64,000 bases of DNA, from positions 114,390,001 through 114,454,000 of the forward strand of contig OX597821.1 of the NCBI GenBank assembly GCA_951406725.2, read 5' to 3'. A program made the position numbers and the translations under genes. Shown in pieces: positions 38,439 through 52,564 of the stretch. Numbering within the stretch: position 1 is the first letter of the stretch; the number at the start of each line of letters is the position of its first letter. The notes below the pieces were generated by a model. The model was not told the DNA's origin, did no database searches, and worked only from the letters and a program-made list of their open reading frames with translations. Source of the DNA: Octopus vulgaris. Taxonomy: Eukaryota.

Positions 38439-40614
38439 TTAAGTGGGGTTGTATCCAAAGGGTCCAAATAGGTCCACACAGATTTGTGACACTAATACAA
38501 TCACACTTCTCACCTCTTAATACTATAATCAACCAAACCATTCACAGATTATCTTAATAAACGCAGTAGTCTCCCAGTTTAAACTGGAGAAAGTGTTTTA
38601 TAACAAGGTGCATGTTTTACCACAGGCCACATCTTCATGAAATAAGGCTGTTGGCTATTTCTGTCACTGAGTTAAACCAAGCACATGAGTCAGTCCACTC
38701 TCTCAACACACGACAAAACAGTTGTTTCAAGGTTTAAATTGGCAACTTCCATTTCATATAATATTTCACCCGAAAACAGTAAAACAGATATAACAATGTT
38801 CATTCAGTACAAAATGTAATCCAATATTCTGTTTCCTCTTACAAAATCTTTTCTCTCTCGCTCTCTCTCTGATATATGATTCATCATTTTTAATTAATGG
38901 CATTTTCAAATTGGGTATTTAGTAGAATAAGAGTAAAAGTTAAAGGTCTCTTTTGTCCAGTCATGCATTTGGGTTTTTTTAATTATCGCCAGCTTCAAAT
39001 CCAAAAGAATTCTTAATTTACCTTACATGCAATTTCCACTGCATGTAAAAAATTGCTTTATAACCAAATATCCCTCGTCAAGTTATTTTGGGGGATCAAC
39101 AGTTCAAATTAAAATGTAAATTATATAATATGGGTGCACGTGTGGATGTATGGTAAGAAGTTGGCTTCACAATCACATAGTTCCAAGTTCAGTCCCTCTG
39201 CATGGCACCTTGAACAAGTATCTTCAGCAATAGCCTCTGGCCAACCAAGGCCTTGTGGGTGGACTTAATAGAGGGAAATTGAAAGAAGCCCACTGTATAT
39301 GTATCTCCGTGTGTGTGTATGTGTGTGTGTGTGCACGCATACGTGCGTGCTATTATTTAGTTTTGTTTCTAAATGTCTTGCTACTAGAGAAAGAGCTGGT
39401 TTCTGACCACGATCCATAACACCTTGATTGGAATTTCAACATCAGCTGAGTAGTTGAGTATAGTTGTGTGTATATGCACAAGTATTTGGAGTCAGTGCAT
39501 ATGCAGGTCTGTATGTTCCGTTTTTATGTATGTATACCCAATCATATAGTCACAGGTCTAGACATGTGCATATGTACAACATGCTAAACTTTTGGAAAGT
39601 TTTACATATTTTCACAGTTGTGTGTTTGTGTGTTGTGTGTGTGTGTGTGTATTCTTGTATAACATACACACTTATACATACATAACCAGTAGTCCAACCC
39701 CTGCCAGCATGGTAAACAGACACTAAATAATGTTATATATATATATATATACACATACATATATATACATATATATACATACATACATATATACACATAC
39801 ATATATATATACATATATACATACATACATATATATACATATATACATACATACATATATATACATATATACATACATACATATATATACATATATACAT
39901 ACATACATATATATACATATATACATACATACATATATATACATATATACATACATACATATATATACATATATACATACATACATATATATACATATAT
40001 ACATACATACATATATATACATACATACATATATATACATATATACATACATACATATATATACATATATACATACATACATATATATACATATATACAT
40101 ACATACATATATATACATATATACATACATACATATATATATACATATATAAATACATATATATACATATATAAATACATACATATATATACATATATAA
40201 ATACATACATATATATACATATATACATACATATATATCGGAGACCCCCTTCGGTCACAACACAGACCATGGGATTGCACCTAGAAAGTTACCCTCCTAG
40301 ACACAAGTCCGGGGGACGTTGTTTATGGAAGACCAGCAGTCGCCCATGCATACCAGCCTCCCCTCTCCATGACACCAGTGTTATCCAAGGGAAAGACAGA
40401 GGTCGATACAGCTTGGCACCAGTGACGTCGCAACTCATTTCTACAGCTGAGTGAACTGGAGCAACATGAAATAAAATGCCTTGCTCAAGAACACAACACG
40501 CAGCCCGGTCCGGGATTCGAGCTCACAACCTCACGATCGTAAGCTCGACGCTCTAACCGCTGAGCCATGTATATATGTATACATATATACATACATATAT
40601 ATACATACATACAT

Positions 40615-40941
40615 ATGATGGCTGCTCCCTCATTATCGAGTATGGCCATTGCACGAAGCTTAACTGTTATTGGTGCTGTGATCGAATGTGACTTTTTAGC
40701 CCAGCTAAAGATCTACAATGTCTTGTACACAATTGGCAACTAAAACCTTTACCAGTAATAGCCGGCTGTAGTTGTAACTGGGCTTCATGTACCTTTGCAA
40801 GTCGTTTAAGTCCTCCTGCCGAATTATAACTCTCTTCCACATGCCTAATAGATATAATTAGTATGGTGTGTAACACCACCACCAGTGGCCAGGTTGTCAC
40901 TCATCTGTCTCGCTTTATGACTACGAAGATGACTCTTGAGT
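40615..40941 (-). mobile_element. 3' end of a LINE (RTE-like) with tandem C-terminal C2H2 zinc-finger remnants
   Basis: [11 protein letters not shown] and FSCQLCTRHCRSLAGLKSHIRSQHQ*, then a short 3'UTR ending gcagccatcat; flanked by microsatellite. Confidence 0.65.
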
Positions 40942-41366
40942 CCAGCTTCACTGGAAGTGTAACATACATATATATATATACATATATACATACATATACA
41001 TACATACATATATATATACATACATATATATATACATATACATACATATATATATACATATACATATATATATACATATACATATACATATATATATACA
41101 TATACATACATATATATATACATACATATATATATACATACATATATATATACATACATATATATATACATACATATATATATACATATACATACATATA
41201 TATATACATATACATACATATATATATACATATACATACATATATATATACATATACATACATATATATATACATATACATACATATATATATACATATA
41301 CATACATATATATATATATACATACATACATACATATATATACATACATACATACATACATACATA

Positions 41367-41743
41367 CACTTGCGTCAGAAATTAATTAGCACTTCTCAAA
41401 TTTCTACATTAAATAGGTTAAATCAATTAACCTATGAGCTGTTCAAAACGTCTTACGCGATGAGAAAACTTAGTATGGTGTGATTTCGGTCCTTGCGAGG
41501 CGCTACCTATATCTATTAAACAAAGGAAGATTTGTCTGCATCCGCACTCCAAGCTGTTGCACTGCTATGTCAACATCATAAGGCTGTAGACTCTCAAACT
41601 GCTCTGCAAACAAAGTTACGTCATCGTTCTGCGCAACAGTGAACTCGCAACAAAGCAATAGTTCGAGATATGGCCACTAGGTGACAGCACATACCTTGAG
41701 TGAAGAGCAAATCAAGGGTGCTAATTAATTTCTGACGGTAGTG
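41367..41743. mobile_element. Tc1/mariner-type MITE inside the giant microsatellite
   Basis: 26-bp TIRs CACTTGCGTCAGAAATTAATTAGCAC / CACTACCGTCAGAAATTAATTAGCAC; TA on both sides. Confidence 0.85.
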
Positions 41744-42088
41744 TATATATACATACATATAGATACATATATATATACATACATATACATACATACATAT
41801 ATATATACATACATACATACATATATACATACATACATACATACATATATACATACATACATACATATATATATACATACATACATACATATATATATAC
41901 ATACATACATATATATACATACATACATACATATATATACATACATACATACATATATATATACATACATACATATATACATACATACATACATATATAT
42001 ATACATACATACATACATATATATATACATACATACATATATACATACATACATACATATATATATACATACATACATACATATATAT

Positions 42089-42121
<33 letters not shown>

Positions 42122-42197
42122 TACATACATACATACATATATATATACATACATATATATATATATACATACATATATATATATATATACATACATA

Positions 42198-42263
<66 letters not shown>

Positions 42264-42428
42264 CATACATATGTATGTATATATATACATATATATATAT
42301 ATATACATACATACATATATATATATACATACATATACATACATACATATATATATATATACATACATACATATATATATATACATACATACATATATAT
42401 ATATATACATACATACATATATATATAT

Positions 42429-42459
<31 letters not shown>

Positions 42460-42545
42460 CATACATACATACATATATATATATATACATACATATATAT
42501 AATATATACATATATATATATATACATACATACATATATATATAT

Positions 42546-42576
<31 letters not shown>

Positions 42577-42934
42577 CATACATACATACATATATATATA
42601 TATACATACATACATACATACATATATATATACATACATACATACATATATATATATATACATACATACATATATATATACATACATACATACATATATA
42701 TATACATACATACATATATACATACATACATACATATATATATACATACATACATATATACATACATACATACATATATATATACATACATATATATATA
42801 TACATACATACATACATATATATATACATACATACATACATACATATATATATACATACATACATACATATATATATATACATACATACATACATATACA
42901 TACATACATACATACATATATATACATATATATA

Positions 42935-43100
42935 CACTCTCGGAGTGGTTGGCGTTAGGAAGGGCATCCAGCTGTAGAAACACTGCCAGATCTGACTGGC
43001 CTGGTGCAGCCTTCGGGCTTGCCAGACCCCAGTTGAACCGTCCAACCCATGCTAGCATGGAAAGCGGACGTTAAATGATGATGATGATGATGATGATGAT
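42935..43100 (+). mobile_element. Short RTE 3'-tail copy; many similar copies (e.g. ~670-810, 16866-17178, 25575-25760, 25920-26225, 30150-30380, 31410-31600, 53370-53522)
   Basis: ggagtggttggcgttaggaagggcatccagctgtagaaa...catgctagcatggaaagcggacgttaaa(tga)n. Confidence 0.85.
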
Positions 43101-44133
43101 ATACATACATACATACATACACATATATACATACATACATATACATATATACATACACATATATACATACATACATATACATATATACATACATATACAT
43201 ATATACATACATATACATATATACATACATATACATACATACATACATATACATATATACATACATACACATACATACATACATACATATATATACATAC
43301 ATACATACATACATGCATACACCTCCACACACACACACACATGATCGGCTTCTTTCAGTTTTTGTGTGTAAAATCAACTCACAAGGCTTTGCAGATCAAC
43401 TCAAGGATACACGAAGAAAACACTTGCTGCCCAAGGAGCCACGCAAAGGGACGGAACTTAAAACCTTGTAGATAGGAAGCAAGCTTGTTAACAATGGAGC
43501 CACATCTGCATTTATTGCAGAAATGAGTTTCTAGTGCCAACCAAAATTCATACAAGAAGGAACCAATAAAACATCAACTCTGAATAATCACCAATTCTGC
43601 TTCTTAATGGTAAGTGGTTGCATTAGGAGACAAACATTAAGTATTCACAAAGCAGAGACCCAATAAGGTGTTTCGAAAGCATTTAAAAAATGCTTTGTTT
43701 ACAAAAGTAATGTGAACTAGGATAAGCCATTTATGAAATCTAAACTATCATTAAAAGAGGATTACTATAATACACATACAATCCAAAATATCTCTCTTTC
43801 CCAGTCAAGTAAAGACAACTTAAATATTGGTTGTAACACTTTCACCAAAATAGCATTAAGCTGAACAATCACTAATAATAATAATGATAATAATAATAAT
43901 CTGTTCTACTGGATGCACAAGGCCTCAAATTTGTGGGGAGGGGACTAGTCAATTACATTGACCCCAGTGTTTCACTGGTATTTAATCTACTGAGCCCAAA
44001 ACGATGATAGGCAAAGTTGACCTTAGTGGAATTTGAACTCAGAACGTAGATACGGGCAAAATACCGATAAGCATTTCAACCAGCGTGCTAATGATTCTGC
44101 CTTAACAATAATAATAATAATAATAATAATAAT

Positions 44134-44680
44134 CATCATTTAACGTCCGTTTTCTGTGCTAGCACGGGTTGGACGGTTCAACTGGGGTCTGGGAAGCCAG
44201 GAGGCTGCACCAGGCTCCAGTCTGATCTGGCAGGGTTTCTACAGCTGGATGCCCTTCCTAACGCCAAACACTCTGTGAATGTAGTGGGTGCTTTTTTACG
44301 TGCCACCGGCACAGATGCCGGGGGAGGCTGGCAGTGGCCACAATCGATTGGTGCTTTTTACATGCCACTGGCACAGAAGCGGTGTCATCGACCACGTTTG
44401 GATGGTGCTTTTTATATACTACAAGCACAGGTATCACAGCTACAATTTCTATTCGATATTTATTTTGATGTTGATGTACTTGACTCAATAGGTCTCCTCA
44501 AGCACAGCAAGTCATTCTGCAATCCAAGGTACTTTGGATGGGCTGGGGCTATGTGAAACTGGTGCAGGAAACAGCCATGAACTCGCTTTATTTGTCAGGT
44601 CTTTGCATTTACAGCATATCTCCAGAGATCTCGGTCTTTCACCATTGCCTCTGTGAGGCTCAACGTTTGAAGTCATGCAA
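44134..44680 (-). mobile_element. RTE 3'UTR fragment
   Basis: Reverse complement of the 62.2-62.65 kb 3'UTR, including the ggaagggcatccagctgtagaaa block. Confidence 0.85.
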
Positions 44681-44686
44681 ATGATG

Positions 44687-44720
<34 letters not shown>

Positions 44721-44721
44721 T

Positions 44722-45258
44722 GTGTCGATTCTCTGGGACTTCCCCGTGCAGACCGACAGGACTATAAAAGCCAATAAACCGGATATCATTATAAAAGATC
44801 AGACAAACAGGATGTGTTTATTAATTGACATGAGTATTCCCTGTGATCACAATATAGTGGCGAAAGAATTTGACAAGATTAGTAAATATAAAGACCTGCT
44901 AATGGAAATTGAAAAAATGTGGCATCTCAAGACGACTACAGTACCAGTGATTGTAGGATCTCTAGGAATGATAAAAAAGGTACTGAAACCTATTTGAAAA
45001 TGATTCCAGGCTTACCATCCCTACAGGAAGTGCAAAAAAATCATATTAACTGGAATGGCTCATGTACTGAGAAGAGCACTATCTTTGTGAAATAACATCC
45101 ATCCATGAATTTATTTATTTATTAATTTTTAAATACATATTTTATCTGTGAATTTGCGCGTGTAATCTGGGAATGCATACAATGCCCTTCTCTGCCATAG
45201 GTGTATGGAAAACACTCGGCGAGAAACAGAAGAAAATTTGAAGAAAGAAGGAAAAAAC
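44722..45258 (+). mobile_element. 3' fragment of an R4/Dong-like non-LTR retrotransposon (restriction-like endonuclease domain) inserted in (TAA)n
   Basis: ILWDFPVQTDRTIKANKPDII..IDMSIP..KISKYKDL..PVIVGSLG is the PD..D REL signature; (AAT)n on both sides. Confidence 0.85.
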
Positions 45259-45293
<35 letters not shown>

Positions 45294-45367
45294 TGCTTCT
45301 GCTATAGGCACAAGGCCTGAAATTTGCTAGTCAATTACATTGACTCCAGTGCTTAACTGGCACTTAT

Positions 45368-45599
45368 TTAACCCTTTTGTTACTGTATTTCTGTTGAGAT
45401 GCTCTGTGTTTATTTCAATTAATTTTAAATGTAACAAAGAATTTAGTAAAAAAATAACTTAGTTATCATTAAGCTAATGTTAGGAACATAAATCATGACT
45501 AAGGTTTGGTGGAAGATTTTAATTCAAAACTTAAGTAAACAAGACATTTGTACTCAGAGCCAGAGCTAGTTTTAGCCGGGTTGGTAAGAAAAGCGTTAA
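45368..45599 (-). mobile_element. piggyBac-like MITE family A inserted at a TTAA inside a SINE (~45293-45695)
   Basis: TTAA duplication; SINE sequence resumes on both sides. Confidence 0.85.
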
Positions 45600-46080
45600 T
45601 TGACCTCAAAAGGATGAAAGGCAAAGTTGACCTGGGAGGAATTTGAACTCAGAACATAGAGACAAGCAAAATACTGCTAAGTATTTCGCCCGGTGAGACT
45701 TTGTCATCATCATTTCGCTAAGGTTATTTCTACAGAAATTACAGCCCACACCGATTTGTTCAATTTAGGGATATAAAAAAAGTAAATAAAAATTAAAGGG
45801 GGAGATAACTAGTAAGTCAACTTACTGTTAAACAACATTAATATTGTAGTAAGATAACATAGTGGATTACAATTTTTGAAAGTCTATAAATTCATAATTA
45901 GTTGATGCCATGCCAACCACTGAACAATCTGGTCTCATGATTCAGTTAACTGGGTGATATTCCAAGATTGAGTCACAAATGATGATTTGAATTTCAGGAA
46001 CATTGAATTGCGGTGCCGCTGGTCTTTGATGTGCCATTCTGATCAATTCCAAGATAAATCATATCCAGTATTTATGTTGT

Positions 46081-46309
46081 TTAACCCTTTCGTTACTGTA
46101 TTTATTTTGAGATGTTCTGTGTTTTTTTCAATTACTTTAAATATAACAAAGAATTTAGTAAAATAATTTAGTTATCACTCAGCTAGTGTTAGGAACATAA
46201 ATTCTGACTAAGGTTTGGTGGAAGATTTTAATTCAAAACTTATGGAAACAAGGCATTTGTACTACAGAGCCAGAGCCGGTTTCAGCCGGGTTGGTAATGA
46301 AAGGGTTAA
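46081..46309 (-). mobile_element. piggyBac-like MITE family A
   Basis: TTAA-CCCTTT...AAAGGG-TTAA. Confidence 0.88.
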
Positions 46310-47269
46310 CAGTAAGCTGACTTATTTATACTGCTTACTAGTTATCTCCCCCTTAATTTTTATTTATTTTTTTAATATTCCTAAACTGAACAATTACCAA
46401 ACATTTAATATACTTTATAATATATTGTGGTTGCATAACAAAATACCACATGCCTACAACTCATTAATGTAAAGAGCACTGCTAACACAGCAGAAGATGG
46501 TGTTGACTTATAAAAACATTTAATATACTTTATGGTAGGTTATGGTTGCATAACGAAATACCACGTACCTACAAATCAGGAATATTGTCACCATCATTTA
46601 AACATCCATGTTCCTTGCTGACCTTAGTTGGATGGTTTGCCAGGATCTAATGGGTCCAGGGACTGCATCAAGTGCCAATGTTCTGCTGCAACATGGTTTT
46701 TACAGACGGATGCCCTTCCTAATGTCAACCACTTTACAGAGTGTGTGGGGTTGCTTTTTTTGTGGCATTAGCAGTAGTGGGGTCACCGTGCAGCTGGCCT
46801 GAAATGGGTAGCTTTGTGTTGGGAGGTAAAGGGCCAAAGCACAGCAGAGCAGAACCAATTTCTTGTAGAAGAATGACAACTCCTATTTTAGAAGAGAGGG
46901 TAGGGGATAATTGGGGTGGATCAAATAAGAGGTAGAAATAGTGATGAAGAAGTGTGTGTGTGTGTGTGTGTGTGTGGACCCTCAAGATATAACTGAATGA
47001 AAGTGAATGGGGAAAAAGGAACCAGGAGTGTGGGTGGGTGGATGTTGTAAAGGTGTATGGAGGAAGGAGAAATGGGAGAGTGGGTGAGGGAAGATGGACA
47101 ACAACTGTAAGATTGGGTAAGAATGGATAAAGGGTGGGGGTGGCCAATGATGTGTAACATGGGGCAGGTAGGGAGATGGAGAAGAAAGTATGAGAGAGCA
47201 GCAGGATAGCAGCAAAGACAGGGGAAAGGAAAAAATATTTAACTCTTCAAGCATTTAAACCAACCATTT

Positions 47270-47716
47270 CGGTGACTGGCATTCGTTGCAAGTGGAGCGC
47301 TAAGAGTACCATACGAGTGAGATCATTGCCAGAGCAACAAGCTGGCCTTTGTGCCGATGGCACCTTAAGCACACCATTTGAGTGTGATCGTTACCGCGTC
47401 GCCTTACTAGCACTTGCGCTGGTGGCATGTGAAATATTCGAGCAAGGTCGTCACCAGTGCTGCTGGACTGGCTCCTGTGCAGGTGGCATGTAAAAAGTAC
47501 CATTAGGGTGTAGACATTGCCAGTACCACCAAACTGGCCCTCGTGCCGGTGGCACGAAAAGCACCCACTACACTGTCGGAGTGGTTGGCGTTAGGAAGGG
47601 CATCCAGCTGTAGAAACTCTGCCAGATCAGATTGGAGTCTGGTTCGCCAGACCTCAGTCAAATCGTCCAACCCATGCTAGCATGGAAAGCGGACGTTAAA
47701 TGATGATGATGAATGA
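47270..47716 (+). mobile_element. RTE 3'UTR fragment nested in a piggyBac-like MITE (~47240-47894)
   Basis: RTE tail with (GAT)n; host ends aatgctaaagggTTAA and matches the 53771-54240 element in opposite orientation. Confidence 0.75.
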
Positions 47717-48346
47717 TGGCCAAAATATTCCACCCATTTTATGTTCAAACTGGCCAGATCCAGCCTCTCACACCTATCCTACAATATCATTCTAAAAATA
47801 AACAATCACATTATTGAAATCTCAGAGCTACAAGATAATGTATAATTAATTCAGCATTACATCTGATAGAGTAATCAGAATGCTAAAGGGTTAAATCAAG
47901 CAAAATACAAAAAAAAAGACTTACTCCCCACCCAAAATGTCACGCTTATTGATAAATGGATAAATAACGATCATGTTAATGATGATGGATAAGCAATGCA
48001 AATTTCAATCTCTCCATCAAAATATAAATCCTATTTCACTCTCACATACATGACATACTTTATAGCACCATGATAAACTACAGAGCAGCATGACAGTAAT
48101 TCCTGTCAGTTATAAACACTGTAATGACTCTCTCTCTCTCTTTCTCTCTCTCTCTCCCTCTCGGTATATTCCTTCCATGAAGTTATTCAAATAATTGCGC
48201 ATATAATTGCTGATTGTGCATATAATTGTGCAAATAATTGCTGGTAGGGACACTATTTCATTTTGTAATCTATCCAATAGTGTTACACCACTTAACTTAG
48301 TGGGTATTTAAGCAAATGTATTCATGGAGGGTTAAGGGTTTGAAGT

Positions 48347-48398
48347 GGCACTGATGAAGGAGCAATAACTCTTGAAATATACATATACAACCATTGCC
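48347..48398 (+). ncRNA. Degenerate hammerhead-like motif
   Basis: CUGAUGA-AGGAG-CAAUAA-CUCUU-GAAA-UA-UACA-UAU-A; stem I imperfect. Confidence 0.45.
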
Positions 48399-49689
48399 TA
48401 GTTTTCTATCTTTGATTGTATTGTTTACATAGATGTCTTTGTATATGAAACACCGTAACATTAGGTGCTAGCTCTAAATTCTATAGAAAATCTGTAGAGA
48501 ATCAAATAATTGTATATAAAACCAAATTTCTAAAATCATATCCAACACCCTAACCCTGAATACAATATCAATTCAGATGTTTTAGGGGTGATAGGCTTAA
48601 CCCACTCACAACATACTCCCTCAGGTGCCTTTAGCAAAGTCCATCTGTTGAAAACATGCAGACCGAGTTCGCCAGTTTGGGAATGTTTCCACCCTACCTT
48701 CCCACAAATCTCAGGCCCTATAAAAGGTTTAATATCTGTTTTCCATGCTGATACAGGTCGGACAGTTTGACAAGAGCTGGCAAAGCCAGGGTGACCAAGT
48801 ACCTTACAAGACACAAAAAGCAAAAACCCTTCAACTGGGAATGGGGAGTAGTATTGAGGTGGGGTAGCTTTGTTCCTGTTGAGAGATTAAAAGTATAGAG
48901 GGACAGAGGTAGGCACCTTGCTGTACATACATGGCCACCCCAGCTGGAAAGGAAAGGTGAGTGACTTAGCAAGTGAGATGAGTGATAATGATAAAAGAAA
49001 TTATATGGGGAGAAAAAACTTTAAGCATTGTAGGCAGTTGATTAATAGGAAACTTGAGCCACGAGTTCAAATGTTGCTGAAATCAACTTTACATGGAAAA
49101 CGGACGTTAAATGATGATGATGATTTCATTCTTTTGGGTGTCAATAAAACAGTACCAGTTGAACACTGGGGATCAATGTAACTGACATACCCATACCCCT
49201 AAAACTGCTGACCTTGCATAAAAATTTTAAACCATTCATCTAGAGATAACTTAACCCCTTATTGCATAAGACTCCCTGTAATATCTACTGAACCCCTGTG
49301 ACAAAAACTAGTGTAAAAGAGGTTACCTCCTTGCCACTACCTTTTCCCAAATCCCACATGTGGGTAAAAACTTACTGCCTTCCTCCTTTAATAAGAGAAA
49401 GAATTCAGTAGGTTTGTATGTGAGGAGGCAAATTCATAGCTGTTTATGCTGTGAATATCAAATATGTGTATCAGAAACAGCAGGGTTCCTCTCCCACACT
49501 TAACACCAGAAACTGTCTTTAATAATCACGAAGTGTTACATAAAAGAAACAAGAAACTCTCTCTGCAAGACATCACCATTTATTATTATACATTCTTATT
49601 CTGGCAGTCTGGTCAGCTACAGCTGTCAGTCACAAAATAAAAAATCAAATCCAAGATTCATAGATTTTATATGACTATGAGAGACATAT

Positions 49690-49918
49690 TTAACACTTTC
49701 ATTACTGTATTTCTGTTGAGATGCTCTGTGTTTCTTTCAATTACTTTAAATATAACAAAGAATTTAGTAAAATAACTTAGTTATCATTCAGCTAGTGTTA
49801 GGAACATAAATTGTGACTAACGGTTTGGTGGAAGATTTTAATTGAGAACTTTTGAAAACAAGACATTTGTACTCAGAGCCAGAGCTGGTTTCAGCCAGGT
49901 TGGTACCAAAAGGGTTAA
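49690..49918 (-). mobile_element. piggyBac-like MITE family A (more diverged copies near 26.3, 29.0, 35.1, 37.9 and 54.4 kb)
   Basis: Same internal sequence; TTAA ends. Confidence 0.85.
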
Positions 49919-51177
49919 AGTGTTGGACCAAGACTACTACGTCTGATATGGTTACTGATAGTTTAAATTTTATAAAGATGATGTATGGGAGGGAGGGGGG
50001 GGACCTTTTATTTGTTTCAGTCATTGGACTGCAGCCATGCTGGAGCACCACCTTGAAGAATTTTAGTCAAAGGAATCAACCCCAGGACTTTTTTTCCTTT
50101 CAAAGCCTGTTAATTATTCTGGCAGTTCCCTATGCCAAACCACTGACAGGAATATAAACAAACTGACATTGGTTGCCAAGCAGTGGTGGGGGTCAAACAC
50201 AAAGAAACACACACATATACAACAGGTTTCTTTCAGTCTCCGAGTACCAAATGCACTCACAAGGCTTTAGTCGACCCAGGGCTATAGAGGAACTGAACCT
50301 GGAACCATGTGGTTGGAAGCAAACTTCTTACCACACAGTCATGCCTGCACCTATGTATGGATATTAGGAAAAAAACAAAGTTGAATAGATTGGTTTATAT
50401 ATATGTTCCATCCATGCTAGCACAGAACACCAGCATTAAATAATGATGATGATGATGACACACACACAAAAATTTCAATGAAACTGGTTGAGAACTCACA
50501 GAAACAGATGAGTATCAATGAAAGGAAAAAAACCCAGATTACTCCTTTAATTTTACAGTCCCAAGTAAACATTGTCTCATGCACCACATAAAAAAAGAGG
50601 TACAAGGCAACCTCACTAGTGCTGGTGCCACAATAAAATACACCCAGTACACTCTGTAAAGTACTCTTTTCTTGTCAAGGACATGACAATCTCTTCATTG
50701 TTCTATGTTGCTATTGTTCATCCTGGTAACAACACTGAGCACTGGGGACCCAAGAGTAGGAAAGGAGATTGCAGAAGATAAATAAGGGTGAAATAGAAAA
50801 AGGGACATAAGTATGAAGAAGGAAACGGAGTGATTGTGATGAGAATATGGAAGAGGAAAGAGAAATGGATGAGGGAGAGAGAAAGATACAGAGGGTAATG
50901 AGAGAGAGAGAGAGAGATAGAGAGGGAGAGTGATAGCAGGAAGTAATGGGAGAGATACACTAAGGGAAGCAACGTATGTAGTGACAAGAGGGAGAGTGAG
51001 TGATGTATAATTGTAAACATGGTTGGAGGTAAACGAATGTGATGGACATCAATATTGAGTGAACTGATGAGAGGAGGGGGAGTGATGGTCACAAATACAG
51101 AAGAGGAATATTCTCTGGTCGAAGAAGAGGGCATGTGTAAGGGGTAACCAAGACAGCAATGGTAAGATGATAATGGT

Positions 51178-51409
51178 AAGGTGGCAAGCTGGCAGAAACG
51201 TTAGTACGCCGGGCGAACTGTTTAGGGGTATTTCGTCCGCCACTGCGTTCTGAGTTCAAATTCCGCCGAGGTCGACTTTGCCTTTCATCCTTTTGAGGTC
51301 AATTAAATAAGTATCAGTTATGCACTGGGATCAATGGAATCGACTTAATCCATTTGTCTGTCCTTGTTTGTCCCCTCTGTGTTTAGCCCTTGTGGGTAGT
51401 AAAAAAATA
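51178..51409 (+). mobile_element. SINE family 2
   Basis: TSD-like ggtaagatgataatg / ggtaagatgatgatg. Confidence 0.85.
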
Positions 51410-52526
51410 GGTAAGATGATGATGTCCTTCACAACAGCAATGCATCTATAGGTAATAACTAATTGGTTTTTAATCAACTACCTCTACTTCAGTGCCATAC
51501 CTCTACTCATTCAGGTTTGACCTGGAGCTAAACAATCCTCTTACACACACATACACAGTGATTGGATAATGGATTCAGATGATGGTTCACATTGAACCAA
51601 ATATGTGGTGCTTCATTACACCCCTTTACATTCTGATTTCAAATCCCACACGCCTCAATATTATTTAGCCCCCAACTCCCAGAGTTGATATGATCAACAA
51701 TCTACACCAGCATGGCCAGAACCCAGTAACAGAAACCAGAAAAAGAATATGTCTTTGTTCATTCTTACACCACATGTCTACAATCAATTTACAAAGGAGA
51801 CGACTCCACTGTATTTATATTCCATTATACACCTCCTATACACCCACTTCATATATACACACCACTGTTGTTTTTATTAGAGGAATGGTAAGCAATAAAC
51901 TCTGTGCACTTGTCAAAACTATTACGCAAATATGCACAAGTAAATAATCTTGAAATTCTAACCCAATTTCCAAGGAAACCATTTAAAAGTATAGACCAAA
52001 TATTTACTGATAAGCAGGCAATTTCTTCCTCTAAACTACATATGTAGAAAATTAAAGACTTAAAAATGTAAGCTGTTGTACTTTACGATGGTGTACAGCA
52101 GAGTATCTATGTAACAACAACAACAACAACAATTAGCATATGTTACTAATTGCAAAATTATGATATATACTTACACACATAAACACGTATAAATATACAC
52201 ACGCACAAATATAGATTATACGTTTAGATAAATATATACAATTACATATGTAATATATGCACATCTACCCCCACCAACATCACTTGACAACCGACATGAC
52301 CAACAGAATAAGTACTAGGCTTACAAAGAATAAGTCCTGGGGTCAATTTGCTTGACTGAAGGCAGTGCTCCAGCATGGCAGCAGTCAAATGACTGAAACA
52401 AAATAAAAGAATCTACAAACATATTTATATATATACACACACACATACATACATACATATATAAACACACATTTACATATACACACACACACACACATAT
52501 ACACAAACTCACATCTATTTATGTAT

Positions 52527-52564
<38 letters not shown>

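Larger units (their letters stand above)
39733..43320. repeat. ~3.6-kb compound (TA)/(TACA) microsatellite field with at least four inserted elements
   Basis: Tracts 39733-40237, 40941-41366, 41744-42935 and 43097-43320; source of the long YIYI/MYVC pseudo-ORFs. Confidence 0.97.

Noticed and set aside
39602-43377. Long ORFs up to 474 aa (YIYI/MYVC-rich), and similar ORFs at 5.5, 15 and 21.5 kb
   Set aside because: They are translations of TA/TACA microsatellites, open in many frames on both strands
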